Assembly (NCBI GenBank): GCA_951406725.2
Contig: OX597820.1
Span: forward strand, 56,916,001 to 56,980,000
Direction of reading: 5' to 3'
Length of the DNA: 64,000 bases
DNA from: Octopus vulgaris
Lineage: Eukaryota
How positions within the stretch are numbered: the first letter of the stretch is position 1; each line of letters begins with the position of its first letter. Shown one piece after another: positions 57,540-64,000 of this stretch. The position numbers and the translations under genes are program-made. The notes beneath the pieces are model-generated. The model was given only the letters and a program-made list of their open reading frames with translations. It was not told where the DNA came from and made no database searches.

Positions 57540-59106
57540 GAGTTTCTTTTGTTTCATCGAAGTTCAATGCCAGGCTACGAATCGGTCTCCACGAGACAAG
57601 ATTCTTTTGTTGGTGTTCAGAGAAAACAATAAGTTTATTCAAATGTATGTCTTTATTTAATTGAGGTTCGGCTCACAGAGAGAATGTCTGCTTTTAATTT
57701 AGACGCAAGTCGCTTTTGTTTGGTATTTAGATAACAATAAGCATCAGTCAAATGGTAGAATACAGTCAGATTCAGGGAAAATTTGCCATAATTTAACTGT
57801 GTCACTCATTGATTGAATACAGAGAATTCGTTCGGATCAGCCACGTTGCTTTTTTGCTTCTTTGAAAGTAAATAAAAAAAAAATTAATAAAATAAGAAAT
57901 AAAAATAAGAATAAAATATAAAAACAAAAAGTCGAAAATAAAAAGTTAAAAATAAAATACAAAATAGATAAAAACTAATCAAAAAATATCAGTATCTCAA
58001 GGTTAACGTGTAAACATTTTAGTAACATAACCGATTGCATCAATGACGATCGATCTCGATCTGAAATCAAACAGGATAAATCTATAAGTTTTTTTTTTCC
58101 CCCAATCAGCTGGCCATCATAACATTCTTGTTTTACGTTCACTTGACTGCTTGGCTAGCATACTATTTTTCTATTAGATTAACAATATACCTCTAGAACG
58201 ATCGATCGTATTCACGTGATTTTGAGTTCATGGAATGAATATATGCACAAATGTGATTATATGCACAAATGTGAATATATGCACAAACTTATAAATAGAC
58301 AAAACTATGGATTCAGAAAACCACCATGGACCAAGTTTGACGCCAAAATTTGTGAAAAATATGTGAAACTCCGCAATCATGTACACATGCGCAAATGCAA
58401 ACTAAGTGTACATACTCAAAATGCATAAAGCAGGTGTGATTGTATGAGATAGTGAATGCATGTATGTGTGCACAAATGCATGAATGCATACACGTGTGCA
58501 TATTTATAAATTTTATAGATTGAAATTAATATAAGGGAAATAATTAATTGGAAATTGTCATGCCTCATATGTACGTATATCTATTTGCTTATTCTCAAAT
58601 ATCGCGCGATATCATGTGATTTCGTTGTGCTTTCATCTAAGATGGAGTGGAACATCAACATTCCATGTAGAAAGCTTGATAATAATTGCTGAGAAATTTC
58701 TCTCGATATGAAACCAATTGTAGCCTTCACGTTAAGCAGATTTCTATAAGCTGCCTTGTGTCTCCAAGCAATCATCGAGTTCGGGGCACATGTTTGTCTC
58801 TTATTTTAAGTAGTCTGTACTTTAAATTATATATATATATATATATATATGAAATGACTGAAACTTGTAGCAGAATGACTATATATATATATATGACGAG
58901 CTTCTTTCAGTTTCCTTCTACCTAATCCACTCACAATATATAGATATATGCATATACATATATATGTATATATACATATATATACATATATATATACATA
59001 TATATACATATATATATACATATATATATACATATATATATAACATATATATATACATATATACAGTTATATATACATATACATATATATATACATATAT
59101 ACAGTT

Positions 59107-59141
<35 letters not shown>

Positions 59142-59703
59142 TTTATATACATATATGCATATATAAATACACACACACACACATATATACATACATACAC
59201 ACATACAAACACACACACACATATATATAGAGAGAGATGATATTTACCTCTCACTAGATAGAGTAATTTTTTGTTGATCCTATCTAAACTAAATAGTAAG
59301 CTATTAATATAGCATGTGTGTGTATGTTTGTCCACAACCACGACTTCACAACCGGTATTAGTTTCTTTACACCCCCGTAACCTACTGGTTCAGCAGAAGG
59401 AGGCGCATAGAGTAAACATTATTTTTTAAAAAAATAAGCACGGAGGTCAATTTGCTCGAGCAAACCTCTGAAGGCTGTATCCCATTGATGCAGTGCAATG
59501 ACTGAGACATGTAAAAGATATATATACATACATGTATGTACGTATGTACGTATGTATGTATGTATGTATGTATGTATGTATGTATGTATGTATGTATGTA
59601 TGTATGTATGTATAAAATTAAATAAGGGTAGAAATTGATATTAATCAACTAAAACCAGTGGCTTAGCATATTTAAAAAACCGAAGATTAAAAACTGTGTT
59701 ACG

Positions 59704-59988
59704 TACAAAATTAAGAGGAATGACCACTAAAGTTGACACCCTATATGCTAAACATAGACGTCAAATCGTGTTCTCCAGAAAAAATCTCAGCAAAACGACA
59801 AAATGTAAAACTGAGGAAGACAAATGAGAGTATGCGAAATAATAAAAAACGATTACCTACGTACCATGGTTTCACTTGTTAATATCTACGTATATAAACA
59901 CCCATATATCTTCGTGGTAATGACGATTTCACGTCTATGTTTAGCATATAGGATGTCCACTTTAGTGGTCATTCCTCTTAATTTTGTA
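59704..59988. repeat. 66-bp inverted repeat with about 150-bp spacer
   Basis: 59704-59769 versus 59923-59988, with about 3 mismatches. Confidence 0.85.
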
Positions 59989-59990
59989 AA

Positions 59991-60366
59991 TCTTTATATA
60001 TAAAAGTAAGGTTGTGTGTCTGTCTCCTACGATTTAGATTCCTAACTACTCCCACATTTTGCGGTGCAGTTTAACCAAAACCGGGTATCTTATAGTCGTG
60101 ATTCACATCGAGCCCTTCTGGGTATTAGCGCGCGTCTACGATTTTAAAAAGAATTACCGTCAGTTTTTTCCATTTTAATGCATTTTTTCTCTATTATGTA
60201 AGGGAAGTAACTCTCTAAAAATGTCTACGATGAGTCAACGATTTTTAAAAAAAATTACCATCATTTTTTTTTCCATTTTTAATGCATTTTTTGGCTATAA
60301 CTCTCTAAAAATGCTTATATAGTTATTTCCCTTACAAACCCGAGCAACGCCGGGCGATACTGCTTG
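59991..60366 (+). mobile_element. Non-autonomous Helitron family 1, copy 1 (terminus CTTG)
   Basis: A|TCTTTATATATAAAAG start; hairpin CCCGAGCAACGCCGGG; ends CTTG|T; near identical to 61709-62107. Confidence 0.85.
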
Positions 60367-60691
60367 TATTTTATAATTAAAAAACAAATTATAAGGGTGG
60401 CTTTCTATCTTGCAGTAACTAACTGTTGCTTTGCAATTTATACTTACTATGACAGACCGGAGTGATTAGAAATAGCAGTCAAAACCACAAGCCTTGTATT
60501 AAAAACGGAAGACGAAAAGCTTCCAGGATATTATTTGTATGAGGAAAACAAGGCAAACGATGGGTGGACAGCAGAAGATGTGGATGTATGTAATTACATC
60601 TAAGATTAAATAAAAATAACGGCAGCGGACATCATAGAATGCAGGTCTGATCCCTTCCTGGAAGGTGGTAGAAGGGATGTCAGGATATTAA

Positions 60692-60705
60692 GTCTGTTTT
60701 TAATT
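60692..60705 (-). terminator. snRNA 3'-box-like element
   Basis: AATTAAAAACAGAC about 22 nt downstream of the U2 end; resembles GTTTN0-4AAARNNAGA. Confidence 0.45.
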
Positions 60706-60726
60706 TGTTCATATCTCCCGGGTGGG

Positions 60727-60917
60727 AGATGGGCTGAATCCTGGAAGTACTGCTATACCAGGTCAACCCGTGGCAAAGGCGGAGCAAGCCCCTAACTCTT
60801 CGCCTCGTTCTAAAAATCAGTTTAATATCGATGGTCCCAAATAGGGACCGTATCAGATATTAAGCTGATAAGAACAGATACTACACTTTGATCTTAGCCA
60901 AAAGGCCGAGAAGCGAT
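60727..60917 (-). ncRNA. U2: U2 spliceosomal snRNA, full length (about 191 nt; 3' end approximate)
   Basis: ATCGCTTCTCGGCCTTTTGGCTAAGATCAAAGTGTAGTATCTGTTCTTATCAGCTTAATATCTGATACG; branch-pairing GTAGTA intact; stems IIb, III and IV can pair. Confidence 0.97.
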
Positions 60918-60953
60918 AATTTTTACCCTAGCTTAGAAATATTATACCTATTT

Positions 60954-60969
60954 CTATTTAGTATAGTGA
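60954..60969 (-). promoter_or_regulatory. PSE-like snRNA promoter element
   Basis: TCACTATACTAAATAG at -52 to -37 resembles the metazoan PSE TCACCNTNASTNAAAAG. Confidence 0.55.
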
Positions 60970-61172
60970 CTGATTTATACTTACACTTATATAGCTGTAT
61001 TTAATTAGTTCTTCCATATTTTGTAATATCTTTTATTTTATTTCGTAGTAGTTGTTTTATTTAATCCTTTCAATCTGAGAATTTTAATATTTCTATTTTT
61101 TAAAAAATGATATTATCCTAAGCGTAATCTGTAATTGTGTTGATTTGATAATAAACGTAAATGAAAATTACG

Positions 61173-61562
61173 GGATATTTTCGGTTTGAACGGCAGTTTT
61201 TTCTAGCGGAGTCATATGAAATTGTTACCCATAATTATGACCCTGGTATCGATCTTATTGCATTTCAATCTATTTTAGGGTTAGAGGGGGGGGGGTTCTT
61301 CAGAAATGTAAATAAACCCAGTCTGTTTCTTAAACGAGGGACATATTCATACGGCACAGAATGTTGTTTACCTCAATAGACGTCAGTGATTGGTTGAAAT
61401 TGCAGAAAAAAAACCCAACAAATATCTTACAAACTATAGAATTTTCTCAATAAAGCCAAGAGAAAAAGATGATTTATAACACATTCCACCAGTATAAGAA
61501 GTTTAAAATTTTTAGTTACCTATAAATTATATTAAAAACTGCAGTTCAAACCAAAAATATCC
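61173..61562. mobile_element. Merlin-like MITE, copy 2
   Basis: TIR GGATATTTTCGGTTTGAACGGCAGTTTTT / AAAAACTGCAGTTCAAACCAAAAATATCC; TSD AAATTACG/AAAGTACG. Confidence 0.85.
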
Positions 61563-61708
61563 AAAGTACGAATTACGACGGTCCGTAATGTTCACGTGAC
61601 TCTATATCTCACCAGTAAAACATTTATTACTCTTTTACTAAATTAATTATTATTTAGGTATCATAAATCTCGTAAGTCGCATCGGAAACATTTTCTTGCT
61701 TTCTGAAA

Positions 61709-62107
61709 TCTTTATATATAAAAGTGAAGTTGTGTGTCTGTCTCCTACGATTTAGATTCCTAACTACTCCCACATTTTGCGGTGCAGTTTAACCAAAACC
61801 GGGTATCTTATAGTCGTGATTCATATCGAGCCCTTCTGGGTATTAGCGCACGTCTACGATGAGTCTACGATTTAAAAAAAAATTTACCATCATTTTTTTC
61901 CATTTTAATGCATTTTTTCGCTATTATATAAGGGAAGTAACTCTCTAAAAATGTCTACAATGAGTCAACGATTTAAAAAAAAAATTACCATAATTTTTTT
62001 TTCCATTTTTAATGCATATTTTTGCTATCTTTTGGCTATAACTCTCTAAAAATGCTTATATAGTTATTTCCCTTACAAACCCGAGCAACGCCGGGCGATA
62101 CTGCTAG
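61709..62107 (+). mobile_element. Non-autonomous Helitron family 1, copy 2 (canonical CTAG)
   Basis: A|TC start, subterminal hairpin, CTAG|T end, no TSD. Confidence 0.88.
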
Positions 62108-62160
62108 TATATATATATATATATATATAAAATAAGCAACAAGGATATCCAGAGGTAATA

Positions 62161-62290
62161 CAGTGCGTTCGCCAACTGACTGACCCGAACGCGATGGCGT
62201 GCCGCCACCTGGCTCGCGCGGGCGGAGCCGACCGGGTCACCGCTGCCGCTCCGCAACCGACGCCGCAACTACGCCGCATATAAGTGAGGA
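62161..62290. promoter_or_regulatory. Short CpG-rich patch, possible promoter or first exon
   Basis: Dense CpG in an AT-rich background; GC box GGGCGGAGC; GATGGCG; possible donor AA|GTGAGG. Confidence 0.4.
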
Positions 62291-62796
62291 GTTCTTTTTT
62301 TTTCTTTGTTGGTGATTAATCTCTAGTGTTTTGTGTAGAATTTGAAACCAAAATCTGCTTCCAGTACAATATTACTTTTCGTTATAGTTATAGATATATT
62401 TATACCGAGATGTATCGTGTATCTTTCCAAAATGGTGCCGTAAAGTTCTTTTTCTCCCGCCAAAGTCAAGATTAATATTTGCAACATGTAAAATACGTGT
62501 TCTGCAAATTTTGCTCTTCACCTGCTTTTATTAAGAAAAATGAACAATGAAATATAAAAAGCTTACATTTTTTAAAGTTTTTTTTTATAATTTACCAATA
62601 TATTTTTCATAAAATGAAATATTAGAAACTAATATATCGGACTATAGTAAATATAATAAATCTCCACTCTTGTAGTCGTGTTATACATAGAATTGGAAAT
62701 TTTGAAGAATACTTTGGTCCAAAAATCTAGATGCGTATTATAAACGTGTTTCAGTGCAAATCCTTCCTTCCTATTAAAGGTATTATGTTTAGTTAG

Positions 62797-63025
62797 GGCG
62801 GCGAGATGGCAGAAACGTTAGCACACCGGGCGAAATGCTTAGTATTTCGTCTGCCACTACGTTCTGAGTTCAAATTCCGCCGAAGTAGACTTTGCCTTTC
62901 ATCCTTTCGGGGTCGATAAATTAAGTACCAGTTGCGCACTGGGATCGATATAATCGACTTAATCCGTTTGTCTGTCTTTGTTTGTCTTCTCTGTGTTTAG
63001 CCCCTTGTGGGTAGTAAAGAAATAT
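62797..63025 (+). mobile_element. Family A SINE with about 16-bp TSD
   Basis: GTATTATGTTTAGTTA / GTATCATGTTTAGTTA flanks. Confidence 0.9.
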
Positions 63026-63639
63026 GTATCATGTTTAGTTATATATTTCTTATCATCACATCACATCTCATAGAAAACTAAAGATTCACTGATATTTTGG
63101 AGGGACAGCTCCTTAAGAAATATTTTATATATTCACACACACACACACGCACTAGTTCGGCACAAACAGTTGTCCGGATACATTCCTATCACGATCAATA
63201 ATGAGATGCTTAGTTAATACATCTTACTCTTGTATGATTGATATATCTCGTCCATCTATTGTGATATAGCGATCGTTCATTCAGGAAAGGCCAGACTTCT
63301 TATCTATATTGGCGTCATTATATCAGTTTACGAGATAAATATCGAGGCATAATGTTTTGTTGATGTATACTGTTTGCCTCTCTTGAGGTGTGTTTACGTT
63401 TGCCCTAGAGCAAGGCCTTGATATGACGTCGCTATTTGGAGTTTTAAGAGTTCACATCCGTTCGATTTGGAACTTGGTGAGTTTCTTATCAATTGCGGTC
63501 AGATATAAAATATCCTGCAGCGTTAGTATCTTTCGTTCTTTCTTTTTTTCTTTCTGCCTTGGAAATATTTTTCTCCGGAACATGATTTGAAAACTGTTTA
63601 AAACCAGATTAATTCTGTCAATAGATGCAGGAAGATCGA

Positions 63640-63790
63640 ATGGTTGAGAAGCTCGCTTTGCAACCATAAGGTTGCAGGTTTGATCCCACAGCATGACAGT
63701 TTAGGCAAATGTAATTTTTTCTATAACCTTGGGCCGACTCATACCTTATGAATAAAATTAGTTAGACGGAAACTGTATAGAAGCCGGTCG
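63640..63790 (+). mobile_element. Diverged family B-like SINE head
   Basis: TGGTTGAGAAGCTCGCTTTGCAACC..GGTTTGATCCC..TAGACGGAAACTG. Confidence 0.6.
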
Positions 63791-64000
63791 AGTACATTGT
63801 ACATGTAATTGAAAAGGTGCAACTTTCTCATATACTGAGTCACGCAGATTCTGTTTGGAAATTACGTTGAGGGCACCTCGTGTCGGTAAAATGCTCAGCT
63901 ATATACACGTTAATTCAGGAGTAGACAATTCAGCAGATCGAGCAATTGAATCCTCGTCTTTGAAAGACGGAGATCCAACCATCCATATATTGCTGAAGCT

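Noticed and set aside
58236-58290. Three 18-bp tandem units (and the 31-kb minisatellite) as a CRISPR-like array
   Set aside because: No unique spacers, no cas genes, eukaryotic context.
60727-60917. U2 as a processed pseudogene or as the target of a U2-specific retroelement (Utopia/Keno)
   Set aside because: Full length and uninterrupted, no poly(A) or TSD, with promoter-like and 3'-box-like flanks; the RLE LINE is 11 kb away in TAA repeats.

Overview
AT-rich, microsatellite-saturated animal genomic DNA. The SINE repertoire and repeat style point to an octopod cephalopod (inference). Nearly all ORFs in the track are simple-repeat artefacts. Supported features: a full-length U2 snRNA gene (minus, 60727-60917) with PSE-like and 3'-box-like elements, bracketed by two direct copies of a non-autonomous Helitron; a full-length DD34D mariner (31205-32493) inactivated by a 4-bp duplication; a 5'-truncated but open R4/Dong-type RLE LINE in a (TAA)n tract among older same-strand R4 relics; L1/Tx1-like 3' ends in (CTAT)n tracts that share a tail with the dominant SINE; Penelope-like relics with hammerhead-like cores; hAT-, piggyBac- and Merlin-like MITEs; many tRNA-derived SINEs. 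There is one good candidate host exon (minus, 50365-50544) and a CpG-rich patch near 62.2 kb. Family assignments come from recalled motifs, not database searches.
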